From assembly GCA_022562935.1 (NCBI GenBank), contig JADFOI010000001.1:15982-79981 (forward strand): a DNA stretch of 64,000 bases. Reading direction: 5' to 3'. Made by a program: the position numbers and the translations under genes. Below, piece by piece: positions 19,866 through 28,573 of this stretch (position 1 is the first letter of the stretch; every line of letters begins with the position of its first letter). The notes beneath the pieces are model-generated. The model saw nothing but the letters and a program-made list of their open reading frames with translations. It made no database searches and was not told the origin of the DNA. This stretch comes from Acidobacteriota bacterium (GTDB taxonomy: Bacteria > Acidobacteriota > UBA6911 > RPQK01 > JADFOI01).

Positions 19866-20285
19866 ATGAAACACCAGACGGCTATCCAAGAAGAGATCGA
19901 AAAATTGGGCAGGACCTATGGAGAAGAGGTTCTGTCCGGGCCAACTCGTGTCGTGTCTTTACCCGGCCGTAAATGCGAACCTCGTATTCTCAATACCTTT
20001 CTGGGCTTTGAACTCCAAGTGGCACAAAAGAGAATCACCTGTCCGGATATGAGCACTGCCCGCTACCTGAGGATTTTTGCCGAAGTCGGCATGCCTTCCG
20101 TCAGAGCACCCTATGACCCCTCTCTCACAAGCGGTGTTCTTCCCCAACTCGAACAATCCCTAAGAAAGATCAAGGACCTCTTGTTGGAGGAAAATCTCAA
20201 TCGAAAACAACACCAGTCGAAGCTCAGGAACATTTACAGACAAATTCGAGAAAATCTGAAAATGGTTGAAGAAGAGGCGGGTTAG
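19866..20285 (+). CDS. hypothetical protein (139 aa)
   Basis: ORF only; no recognisable motifs; ends at the convergent palindromic hairpin. Confidence 0.35.
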   Translation: MKHQTAIQEEIEKLGRTYGEEVLSGPTRVVSLPGRKCEPRILNTFLGFELQVAQKRITCPDMSTARYLRIFAEVGMPSVRAPYDPSLTSGVLPQLEQSLRKIKDLLLEENLNRKQHQSKLRNIYRQIRENLKMVEEEAG

Positions 20286-20360
20286 GGAGATTGGGACAGG
20301 CCCAAGAATTCTCCGAATTCGGGGCCTGTCCCCTAATTCCCTGTCCCCTAATTCTCCCTC
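20284..20360. terminator. GGGACAGGCCC-family palindrome / bidirectional terminator candidate between convergent genes
   Basis: gggacaggcccaagaattctccgaattcggggcctgtccc, then a second cctgtcccctaattc; lies between the 3' ends of the hypothetical (+) gene and hspR (-). Confidence 0.55.
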
Positions 20361-20656
20361 CTAATCTCCATTTCCGCCATTTTGTCACGCATATTGAGAA
20401 CCACCTCAACACCCGCCAAATTAACACCCAGTTCACGAGTCAGAGTCAATATAAGCTCCAACCGCTGCAAATCCTTTCCCCTATAGACCCGCGTGTTTCC
20501 CTGGGTGCGGGCAGGCTTGAGCAGTCCCTCACGCTCGTAGGTTCGAAGCGTCTGGGGATGGATTTGGTACTTGTTGGCAACGGCACTGATCGTATAACCA
20601 ACTGCTCTTTTCTTGACCACGTCAAGCCATCTCTTTCTTCTTTCCAGACCCGTCAA
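20348..20656 (-). CDS. hspR: MerR-family heat-shock regulator (HspR/CbpM-like)
   Basis: 102 aa; N-terminal MerR HTH ([26 protein letters not shown]); immediately downstream of a dnaJ-like gene. Confidence 0.75.
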   Translation of the reverse strand: MTGLERRKRWLDVVKKRAVGYTISAVANKYQIHPQTLRTYEREGLLKPARTQGNTRVYRGKDLQRLELILTLTRELGVNLAGVEVVLNMRDKMAEMEIRREN

Positions 20657-21587
20657 CGCCGATCTTCTCCCTGGGGTTCTGGGGGTTCAACTGAGCAAAT
20701 TCACGCAGAATTTCCTTGGATCGTTCGTCATTAACGGTGGGCAGTACCACTTGAACTTCAACCAGTTGATCTCCTCGACCACCCCCTCTGGCGGAAGGTG
20801 CACCTCGACCTCGAAGTCGAAACTTCTGCCCATTTTGTGTCCCGGAAGGAATCTTCAGGCGCGCCTTGCCTTCCACCGTCGGCACCTCGATTTCAGCCCC
20901 CAACACCGCCTCCTCAATGGTAATCGGTACCTTGCACAGGACGTTATTTCTCCTACGGGAAAAGAATGGGTGGGGTTGGACCCGAACCACCAGGAATAGA
21001 TCTCCGGGAGGGCCACCGAACTCAGCCGCATCTCCCTTACCCGGAACCCGTATACGTGTACCGGTCTTGACCCCAGCCGGGATCTTTACTCTGAAACTCT
21101 CTACCTTTTGGGTGAGACCATCCCGGCGGCTCGCACGGATGCGAGTTTGGGTCCCCCTGATCGCGTCCAGGAAAGGAATTTCTACGCCATATTCAAGATC
21201 CTGCCCTCGAGTGGGGTGAACCGAACCTGCCCTGGCGTTTCCTCTTCCAAAAATATCCGAGAAGATGTCACGAACCGTGCCCTGCCTGCTGCCCCCGCTG
21301 AAGTTCCCATCAGTAAATCCAGCAAACCCGAAGCCTTGAAAACCGTCCCCTGCAGCTGCCTGCGCCCCACCTCGATAGTAATCCGGTCGATCATAGCTCT
21401 TTCGCCTCTCCGGATCACTCAGGACTTTATAGGCTTCCTGAATCTGCTTGAACCGCTCCTCAGCGGATGGGTTTCCGGGATTGACATCGGGATGGTATTT
21501 GCGCGCCAGCCGCCGGTAAATTTTCTTGATCTCCGGCTGCGATGCATTTCTCTTGGCGCCCAAAATCTCATAATAATCTCGTGCCAT
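20622..21587 (-). CDS. DnaJ-family co-chaperone lacking the zinc-finger domain (CbpA-like, class B)
   Basis: J-domain with HPD (YHPDVNPGN), G/F-rich linker, two C-terminal beta domains; no CxxCxGxG repeats. Confidence 0.85.
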   Translation of the reverse strand: MARDYYEILGAKRNASQPEIKKIYRRLARKYHPDVNPGNPSAEERFKQIQEAYKVLSDPERRKSYDRPDYYRGGAQAAAGDGFQGFGFAGFTDGNFSGGSRQGTVRDIFSDIFGRGNARAGSVHPTRGQDLEYGVEIPFLDAIRGTQTRIRASRRDGLTQKVESFRVKIPAGVKTGTRIRVPGKGDAAEFGGPPGDLFLVVRVQPHPFFSRRRNNVLCKVPITIEEAVLGAEIEVPTVEGKARLKIPSGTQNGQKFRLRGRGAPSARGGGRGDQLVEVQVVLPTVNDERSKEILREFAQLNPQNPREKIGVDGSGKKKEMA

Positions 21588-21598
21588 TTGGTGCCTAC

Positions 21599-23518
21599 CT
21601 ACTTCTTCTCATCCACGTCGACATATTCCGCGTCGATGACTTCATCATCCGATTGACCCTCTTGAGTACCTTCTGCGCTACTTTGAGGATCGTCTGGCGT
21701 GGGCTCCTGGCCTCCCTGCTGAGCCGACTGGTACATCACCTCGGCCAGTCGATGGGAAGCTTGAGTCAAGTTTTCGACGGCCTTGTTGATGGCCTCCACG
21801 TCATCTCCTTCCATAGCCTTCTTGGTGTCGGCTACCGCGTCTTCGACGGCTTTGGCATCATCGTCGCTGATTTTCTCTCGATTTTCCTTGAGGATCTTCT
21901 CGGAATTGTAAACAAGGTTATCTGCTTGATTGCGCGCTTCGATTTCTTCCCTCTTTCGGCGATCTTCTTCGGCATGAGCCTCTCCCTCTTCAACCATTTT
22001 CTTGATCTCATCTTCGGCCAGGCCACTGGAACTGGTTATGGTGATCTTTTGCTCTTTACCGGTGCCACGATCCTTGGCACTCACGTTCAAGATGCCATTG
22101 GCATCGATGTCGAAGCTCACCTCAATCTGAGGAAGGCCGCGTGGCGCCGCTGGAAGTCCCACCAAATGAAACTTACCCAGAGACTTGTTGCCGTTGACCA
22201 TGGGACGCTCTCCCTGCAAGACATGAATCTCGACAGAAGTCTGGTTGTCCGCTGCGGTTGAAAAAACTTCGGTCTTACGCGACGGAATCGTGGTATTGCG
22301 TGCAATGAGTACCGTATTGACCCCCCCCATGGTCTCGATCCCCAAAGAGAGGGGTGTCACGTCCAACAACAGTAAATCTTTGACGTCCCCACTCAACACA
22401 CCCGCCTGAATGGCAGCACCCACCGCCACTACTTCATCCGGATTGACGCCCTTGTGGGGCTCTTTCTCGAAAAAGTCCTTCACGATTTGCTGCACGCGGG
22501 GTATCCTCGTTGAACCTCCAACGAGCACCACCTCAGCGATCTCGCCCGGCTTCAAACCCGCATCATCAAGGGCCTGTTTGCAAGGGCCGAGGGTTCGCTG
22601 GAGAAGTTCTTCGACCAACTGCTCAAACTTGGAGCGGGTGAGCTTCATATTCAAGTGCTTTGGTCCGCTGGCATCCGCTGTGACAAAAGGAAGGTTGATA
22701 TCGGTCTCTTGAGTCGTTGACAGTTCCATCTTGGCCTTCTCAGCCGCTTCCCTCAGCCGTTGCAAGGCCATCTTATCTGCAGAGAGGTCGATCCCCTGGT
22801 CCTTTTTGAATTCCTCGACAATCCAATCGATAATACGCTGGTCGAGATTGTCTCCTCCAAGGTGGGTATCACCACTGGTGGACTTCACTTCAACGACACC
22901 TTCACCGACCTCCAGGATTGAAATATCGAAAGTGCCTCCGCCAAAATCGAAAACCGCAATCGTTTCATCCTTTTTGGTTTCCAGGCCATAGGCCAAGGCT
23001 GCTGCGGTGGGCTCATTGACGAGACGCAGAACTTCAAGTCCGGCGATTTTCCCAGCATCTTTGGTTGCCTGTCGCTGGGAATCATTAAAGTATGCAGGAA
23101 CGGTGATGACCGCCTGGGTAACTTTTTCGCCCAGATACTCTTCGGCAGCGGATTTCAGTTTCTGCAGAATCATGGCTGAGATTTCAGGTGGAGGAAATTG
23201 CTTGTCCCCGAGCTGCACACAGGCATCGTTGTTGGAAGCCTTGAAGACCTTATAAGGCACCATCCCCATCTCTTCGGAGACCTCGCTAAATTTGCGCCCC
23301 ATGAAGCGCTTGATCGAGTAAACCGTGTTCTCCGGATTGGTAACCGCCTGGCGCTTGGCAACCTGACCCACTAAACGTTCGCCACTCTTGGTTATGGCGA
23401 TGACCGAAGGGGTCAAGCGACTTCCTTCGGGATTGGTAATCACCGTGGGCTCCCCTCCTTCCATCATGGCCACTACCGAGTTGGTGGTCCCTAAATCAAT
23501 ACCAATAATCTTACCCAT
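21599..23518 (-). CDS. dnaK: chaperone DnaK (Hsp70)
   Basis: 639 aa; [31 protein letters not shown] signatures. Confidence 0.97.
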   Translation of the reverse strand: MGKIIGIDLGTTNSVVAMMEGGEPTVITNPEGSRLTPSVIAITKSGERLVGQVAKRQAVTNPENTVYSIKRFMGRKFSEVSEEMGMVPYKVFKASNNDACVQLGDKQFPPPEISAMILQKLKSAAEEYLGEKVTQAVITVPAYFNDSQRQATKDAGKIAGLEVLRLVNEPTAAALAYGLETKKDETIAVFDFGGGTFDISILEVGEGVVEVKSTSGDTHLGGDNLDQRIIDWIVEEFKKDQGIDLSADKMALQRLREAAEKAKMELSTTQETDINLPFVTADASGPKHLNMKLTRSKFEQLVEELLQRTLGPCKQALDDAGLKPGEIAEVVLVGGSTRIPRVQQIVKDFFEKEPHKGVNPDEVVAVGAAIQAGVLSGDVKDLLLLDVTPLSLGIETMGGVNTVLIARNTTIPSRKTEVFSTAADNQTSVEIHVLQGERPMVNGNKSLGKFHLVGLPAAPRGLPQIEVSFDIDANGILNVSAKDRGTGKEQKITITSSSGLAEDEIKKMVEEGEAHAEEDRRKREEIEARNQADNLVYNSEKILKENREKISDDDAKAVEDAVADTKKAMEGDDVEAINKAVENLTQASHRLAEVMYQSAQQGGQEPTPDDPQSSAEGTQEGQSDDEVIDAEYVDVDEKK

Positions 23519-23546
23519 TCAAAAACTCCTCTCCTGTTATCCTTTA

Positions 23547-23747
23547 GCCGGTATTATGCACAAATTGTCTATACAGTGCCGCAATCATCCAGCGTGCTGC
23601 ACCGACTGCGTTGAGCTTCCAAGGGCTCCTCGGCGTACTGCATGAGTACGCCTGCCGTGCCCTTGGGGTACCCGCTTGCGGGTCGCACGTCTTGTCATCG
23701 CGGCGCCTGCGGCACTTCGTCACGAAAACCTATGCATAATCCCGGCT
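23547..23747. mobile_element. MITE-like element, family C (TIR ...CCGG-TATTATGCATAGG... / CATAGGTTCTCGTCACGAAGCG), plus partial second copy 23783-23825
   Basis: Ends agccggtattatgcac ... ttcgtcacgaaaacctatgcataatcccggct are inverted repeats; same termini in the copies at 46367-46560, 48531-48648 and 63487-63596. Confidence 0.8.
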
Positions 23748-23941
23748 ATATCAAAAACTCATTCCTCTCACTGACTCTGGCCGGGATTATTCAAAAACTC
23801 TCTACTGCAGCGTCGAACCTATCCACCCTGCCGGTGTTGCGTTAGTGCTTCGTAGGCTCGTACAATTTATCTATAAGATGTGAGTGTATGGCTGTCAAGT
23901 TCGTGAGATTTCTCCAGAAAATAGGGGTCTAGGGAGCCTGT

Positions 23942-24958
23942 CTATCGGAGAAATCCAGGCAGGCTCCACCAGGTTCGCTTGGGAAGATGCAGGAGAGGAA
24001 TATGATCGGGCTGTTCATCGTTGGCCAGCCGCGCCGCCACCTGCAGGAAATCTCGAGCTGCCCGTCGATGGGGGTGGCGGAGGAGAAACGGGCTGATCGC
24101 TTGGACAGAGTCGGGAATTCCGCGATCGAAATGGATAAAACCGAGATAACTGATGTTGTTTCGAACGCACAGATACTTGAACATGAGATTGTGAAAATTT
24201 TGAAGGTGGGATTTCTGAACCCCACCTCGATACATGTTCACCACAAACTTGATCTTGAGATCGTTGATCAGACCCGCCAAAACGTATGCTGCGTAACGGT
24301 CCCAGGTCTTGAGTCGGTCGATCAACTTTCCAATGTTGAGATCCTTCTCGTCTTCAATCATCCAGCGCAGATTCGATTTCACCGGAGATAGAAATTCTTC
24401 TCTTTCAAGCTCACTCCACAGGAAGCGAAGAATCGCGGCCTTGAGAAAAACAAAGGCATTGTGCAATGAAAGGGCCTCAGGGGTGATCACCACGATCTTT
24501 TCGTGGGCACCCAAAAAGAAGTCCAGAACCTCTGGAGCCGTCCCTGCTCCCAAGTCCACCAAAACATAGTTTGCATCTAGGTTCCCAAGCCCATTCAGCA
24601 GCTCTTTCTTCAAGCCTTCTTCCAATTTCATCTCCGGCGTGCCGCTGTAGGAGGAACAAATCATTTTCAGGTTTTCCTGCTCCGTAGGCGTCAAGATTTG
24701 CTCGAGGTCAGAGACTTTATTCAGGAGAAAGTTGTTGATCGTCCCATTCGGGGAGCGAACACCTAAACAGGCATTGAGGTTGCCGCATCCTAAATCCAGG
24801 TCAACAGCAACCACCGAACCTGTCTTTCCGCGAAACTGTTGGGCCAGGCTCAGGGCAAGATTGGCCGTTATGACAGTCTTCCCAACTCCACCTTTACCGC
24901 TGGCAATGGCGATGGTGCGACACTTCGAAGGTTGCACTCTTCCCCCTTGACGACTCAA
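23942..24958 (-). CDS. MinD/ParA/FlhG-family P-loop ATPase
   Basis: Deviant Walker A IASGKGGVGKT; 338 aa with about 90 aa C-terminal extension. Confidence 0.8.
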   Translation of the reverse strand: MSRQGGRVQPSKCRTIAIASGKGGVGKTVITANLALSLAQQFRGKTGSVVAVDLDLGCGNLNACLGVRSPNGTINNFLLNKVSDLEQILTPTEQENLKMICSSYSGTPEMKLEEGLKKELLNGLGNLDANYVLVDLGAGTAPEVLDFFLGAHEKIVVITPEALSLHNAFVFLKAAILRFLWSELEREEFLSPVKSNLRWMIEDEKDLNIGKLIDRLKTWDRYAAYVLAGLINDLKIKFVVNMYRGGVQKSHLQNFHNLMFKYLCVRNNISYLGFIHFDRGIPDSVQAISPFLLRHPHRRAARDFLQVAARLANDEQPDHIPLLHLPKRTWWSLPGFLR

Positions 24959-24980
24959 TCATCCTTTTGAAATGTCCCTA

Positions 24981-25046
24981 GTGACTCGTCCCAGGAATAC
25001 CATGACGTTTGTGGCGAGCGCCACGGTATTCCTGGGACGAGCCACT
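24981..25046. repeat. family-D 'empty' copy: the two terminal inverted repeats joined head to head (hairpin)
   Basis: gtgactcgtcccaggaataccatgacgtttgtggcgagcg|ccacggtattcctgggacgagccac; matches both ends of the 14393-14664 element without the internal about 200 bp. Confidence 0.7.
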
Positions 25047-25094
25047 AACGCTGAGGAAACACGGATATGCTAGCACACAAGCGGAGCATTCCAC

Positions 25095-25333
25095 TATAGG
25101 AGCCTGTCCGAATAATAGGTGAGGTCGCGTTACAGGCGCCGCTCAGATACCAGGCGGCGCGACGCAGGCAATGTCTGGACATTGTCGAGGAGCGCCAACA
25201 CGGTAGATGACCCGGTGCCGTCGTAACCCTTTGGGCGTAAGGAGGTTGCGGTGCATCTCATCATCGCTCCTCGACCTGGCCCAGGCAAGCCCCATCCGCG
25301 CGATACCACCTATTACTCGGACAGGCTCCTAAA
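25095..25333. repeat. about 240-bp structured element with 23-bp terminal inverted repeats (CTATAGGAGCCTGTCCGAATAATAGGTG) and a nested internal inverted repeat
   Basis: ggagcctgtccgaataataggtg ... cacctattactcggacaggctcc; internal gtcgaggagcg ... cgctcctcgac; contains taaggaggt-N5-GTG opening a 54-codon frame. Confidence 0.65.
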
Positions 25334-25448
25334 AACGTACCCCAGCGAAATCGTGGAAATCTATTGTTTAGTCGGCACGATGTTGCTATAATTCTCGCCA
25401 CTATTTATAATATCTGCTTATGACGGGATCCCGATTGGAGTCACTGCG

Positions 25449-26102
25449 ATGAAGGAGGGGAAAGACCAGCGAATACGGGCTTTAAAGGATCATCTCCGTT
25501 CGCTGAGCGATAGGAAATTACCTCCCGAAGCTGCAGCACCCGCCTCCGAGAGTGCCCCCGACACCCCTTCTTCCATGGGTGACACTGCGGCCGGCTTGGT
25601 CACCATCACCGCAAATGGCAAGACAGGAAAAGGATTTATTGTCGATGGGGAAGGTACAATAGCGACCAATTTCCACATCGTGAATTCAGCCAGTCGCATC
25701 AAAGTGAGCACTGCATCTGGAGACGTTTTCCTGGGGAAAATAATTCGTCTGGACGAAAGTCGGGACCTTGCACTGATTCAGATTCCGGCCAAAACAGCCC
25801 AGTATTTCATCCTGGGGGATGCCAGCAGTGTCGATGTGGGTGAAAACGTCTTTGTGCTGGGAGGCCCTTCCAGTAATTCCTCCGAACTCACCAAGACGAT
25901 CATCAATGCCCTTCGCGTCATCGAAGGGACCGTGCTCATCCAGGTGGATCAGCAGATTGATCCTGCCAACAGTGGCAGTCCTTTTCTGACGGAGCAGGGA
26001 ACCGTAGTGGGAATCGCCAGTTACAAGATGGGTCCGGAAGATTACAGCGCCGGATTTGGGGTGAGCGTCAAGGAACTCAAGGCCTTCATCTCAGGCCAAT
26101 AG
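25449..26102 (+). CDS. trypsin-like (S1) serine peptidase, no signal peptide, no PDZ
   Basis: Catalytic triad context: NFHIV (His), DLALIQI (Asp), ANSGSPF (Ser, GxSGxP-type); 217 aa. Confidence 0.7.
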   Translation: MKEGKDQRIRALKDHLRSLSDRKLPPEAAAPASESAPDTPSSMGDTAAGLVTITANGKTGKGFIVDGEGTIATNFHIVNSASRIKVSTASGDVFLGKIIRLDESRDLALIQIPAKTAQYFILGDASSVDVGENVFVLGGPSSNSSELTKTIINALRVIEGTVLIQVDQQIDPANSGSPFLTEQGTVVGIASYKMGPEDYSAGFGVSVKELKAFISGQ

Positions 26103-26133
26103 GCCCTAACCCCCGCTTATCGTCAATTTTCAA

Positions 26134-28305
26134 TCACTTGATCGAGAACTCCGTGAACCCCCCTTTATCAAACCTGAGAAGGCTGCGGGAAGGGGCCGGC
26201 TGATCGGGTGGCTCAGGTTCCAAAGTGAACAGAATATGGAGCAGTTTGTCCTGGACCTCCGCGTTCTCCTGTTGAAACAGGGGAAGTAAGGGCTTGGTCA
26301 CATCAAGGCGCTGGGTCTCCCCTGGGGAAAGTTTTTTGGGTTCAGTCAGTAAGGGCGTCAGGGAGCCTGCTCCCTTTGCGGCAAAGACATCCTTCACCGT
26401 TACAGGTTTGTGGTAACCGTTACTCAGCTCCAGAAACGCTTTCCCTGATTGAACACTGGGAGAGACCTTGACGATCGGCAGGGACGGTTTTTCCGCTGGT
26501 TGGGCCTGCTGGGGAACTGCAGCTTTCACGCCACCACTCTTCTTCGTCTTCTCCGTCTCATTCATCTGGGCTGCAAACCAGGACAGCTCCTTGGGTTGCG
26601 TCGGCTCCTGGGCTCCTTGACTCTTCACTGCCGCGGGAGCCGCCGGCGGCTCGGCGGAAGGCGTTGGAGCCGTGGCGGGAGCCTGAGGAGCTGCTGGGGC
26701 CGCTGGAGCGGCAGTAGGAGCCTCGGGGGCTGGAGGGGCCACCTTCGGTTCTTCCTCCTTAAACTTCATTACCCCTGGGGCCACCGGCGGCTCTGCAGAG
26801 GCCGCTGGGGCCGCTGGAGCGGCAGTAGGAGCCTCGGGGGCTGGAGGGGCCGCCTTCGGTTCTTCCTCCTTAAACTTCATTACCCCTGGGGCCACCGGCG
26901 GCTCTGCAGAGGCCGCTGGGGCCACTGGAGCGGCAGTAGGAGCCTCGGGGGCTGGAGGGGCCTCAGGAGCAGCCGGGGGGGCCTCCTGGGCCGGCACCGA
27001 GGGAGGAGGTTCAGGAGCTCCAGGAGCCTCCGTCGGGGCCGCCTTCGGCTCCTCGTCCTTAGGCTTGCTGGCCGCAGGAGCTGCCTTGGGCTCTTGCGGC
27101 TCACTCTTCACTTCTGCAGGGGTCACTGGGGCTGCTGGAGGAGTTTTAGGAGCTGGAGGAGCTTTAGGAGCCGCAGGAGCAGTCTTCGGCTCTTCCGTCT
27201 GACTGGGCGCGTTTTGAGAAGCCAACTTCCCGCTTTCTTCCGCATCAATCAAAAACTGAAGTAGCTTGATCTGATCGTCCAGTTGTATCTCCACAAACTG
27301 GGTACCCACCAGAGTAACCGCCTCTCCACCTCGTTTGACCTTCTTGGTTCCCATCACCTTCGCATTCACGGTGATTTCCTGTTCCGGGGACAACAAAAGC
27401 TTCAGCTTCAGTTCGTCCCCCTTTTTCAAGGGTAAGCTTGTGTCAAATCTCAAGCCGGCCGTGCTGATATCATGGGTCTTGGAATCAAAGGGTGCAGCTG
27501 AGACCAGCTGGTTTTCGGTAGCGCTGAGGACGGAAACGGAGACCGGGACCTCAGACTTAATCCGGGGAATGGCTCTCTTTTGAAGGGCCTGTGCTTTCTC
27601 GGGTATGGAGATCGCCACATATTGAGTCTCCGTAGCAGAGATCTTGACGATTTCTGTTTCAGAGAAGAAAACAGTTTCCCCATCCCCAAATTGAATCCTG
27701 ACCTTTTCTCCCGGCTTGAAGTGGGCAGGGGGAGGTTCCGCAAGCTTTAACCAGACTTCCTCTCTGAAGATCTTAGTCACAGCAGCCGCAAGCTGGCCGT
27801 CAGATTCTCCTGCAATCGACCGGATGGAGAGGGCACAACCGGTCTTCAGGCAATCGTCCGGGCCCGCTGCCGATTGCTCACCGGCCCGTTGAATAGCGGT
27901 CGTCTGGTCCACGAAACCCAGGGAGTTCTTAAACGGATCTTCGGCGGTAAAAGAACGATCACCCCACGGCTGGCTGAGAATCTGCTCGTCCATTGAAGGG
28001 CAACCGCCACTTCGAGCTCGTTCGAACACCGTTTCGATATCCTCTACAACGAAATAGAGTCGCTGGGGACTGGAGGAGGTTTGGGAAGAATCTCCCTCCG
28101 CAGACAGGTCAGTGCAATTGAGGATCACTCCCCCACATTCAAAGTGATGTTGGCCGGGAGAAACTCTTCGACCGGGTGTTCCAAGCAAGTGACTGTAGAA
28201 CTTCTCGGCTTGATCGATGTCCGATACAGGAAGGACAACCTGGTAGAGACTCAGGAGCATGTCATCCTCCGCGAATCTTCTCCATGAATCTCCAGCCGGG
28301 TACAC
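26134..28305 (-). CDS. multidomain protein: N-terminal VOC/glyoxalase-like domain, PilZ-like domain, about 190 aa Pro/Ala/Glu/Lys-rich repeat linker, C-terminal domain of unknown function
   Basis: VOC-like N-terminus (LYQVVLPVSDIDQAEKFYSHLLG); PilZ motifs RAIPR (RxxxR) and DISTAG (DxSxxG) about 30 aa apart; exact 37-aa tandem unit PVAPGVMKFKEEEPKAAPPAPEAPTAAPAAPAASAEP x2. Confidence 0.6.
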   Translation of the reverse strand: MYPAGDSWRRFAEDDMLLSLYQVVLPVSDIDQAEKFYSHLLGTPGRRVSPGQHHFECGGVILNCTDLSAEGDSSQTSSSPQRLYFVVEDIETVFERARSGGCPSMDEQILSQPWGDRSFTAEDPFKNSLGFVDQTTAIQRAGEQSAAGPDDCLKTGCALSIRSIAGESDGQLAAAVTKIFREEVWLKLAEPPPAHFKPGEKVRIQFGDGETVFFSETEIVKISATETQYVAISIPEKAQALQKRAIPRIKSEVPVSVSVLSATENQLVSAAPFDSKTHDISTAGLRFDTSLPLKKGDELKLKLLLSPEQEITVNAKVMGTKKVKRGGEAVTLVGTQFVEIQLDDQIKLLQFLIDAEESGKLASQNAPSQTEEPKTAPAAPKAPPAPKTPPAAPVTPAEVKSEPQEPKAAPAASKPKDEEPKAAPTEAPGAPEPPPSVPAQEAPPAAPEAPPAPEAPTAAPVAPAASAEPPVAPGVMKFKEEEPKAAPPAPEAPTAAPAAPAASAEPPVAPGVMKFKEEEPKVAPPAPEAPTAAPAAPAAPQAPATAPTPSAEPPAAPAAVKSQGAQEPTQPKELSWFAAQMNETEKTKKSGGVKAAVPQQAQPAEKPSLPIVKVSPSVQSGKAFLELSNGYHKPVTVKDVFAAKGAGSLTPLLTEPKKLSPGETQRLDVTKPLLPLFQQENAEVQDKLLHILFTLEPEPPDQPAPSRSLLRFDKGGFTEFSIK
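26697..26965. repeat. 111-bp tandem repeat (about 2.4 copies) inside the VOC-PilZ gene
   Basis: cgctggagcgg recurs at 26701, 26812 and 26923; near-identical 111-bp units encode the 37-aa PA-rich unit. Confidence 0.85.
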
Positions 28306-28433
28306 GGAATCCCTCTAAAAATACTGACGTCAGACATATTTGTTCCCAGAATTATCATACTAATTCATTCGCGATGACTACAAATCAAGGGGTCCTCAAT
28401 GGCCCGGATCTAAGCCGAGGAGAAAAGCGGTGA

Positions 28434-28568
28434 TCAGTCGCGTTGCTGGAGGGTTTCCGAAAGGGCTTTCAACTTGTCATTCACCCGCTTTTGGCTTCGC
28501 GCCAGGAAAACCAGGTAAAAGAAGAGAACCGTCCAGATCACGAGATATCCGAAAAAAAGGTAGGTCAT
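28434..28568 (-). CDS. ccmD: heme exporter protein D (CcmD), 44 aa
   Basis: Not in the ORF track (<60 aa); minus-strand ATG at 28568 gives MTYLFFGYLVIWTVLFFYLVFLARSQKRVNDKLKALSETLQQRD*; single TM, directly after ccmC. Confidence 0.6.
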   Translation of the reverse strand: MTYLFFGYLVIWTVLFFYLVFLARSQKRVNDKLKALSETLQQRD

Positions 28569-28573
28569 ACTCC

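Noticed and set aside
26697-26965. Possible CRISPR array (tandem repeats)
   Set aside because: This is a coding 111-bp tandem duplication with no unique spacers. The other repeat blocks (29955-30212, 59719-59905) are microsatellite units of 7-14 bp, not repeat-spacer architecture. No cas genes present.
26449-27264. 271-aa Arg/Gly/Leu-rich ORF on the plus strand
   Set aside because: Antisense translation of the Pro/Ala-rich tandem-repeat region of the VOC-PilZ gene; a low-complexity mirror artefact.
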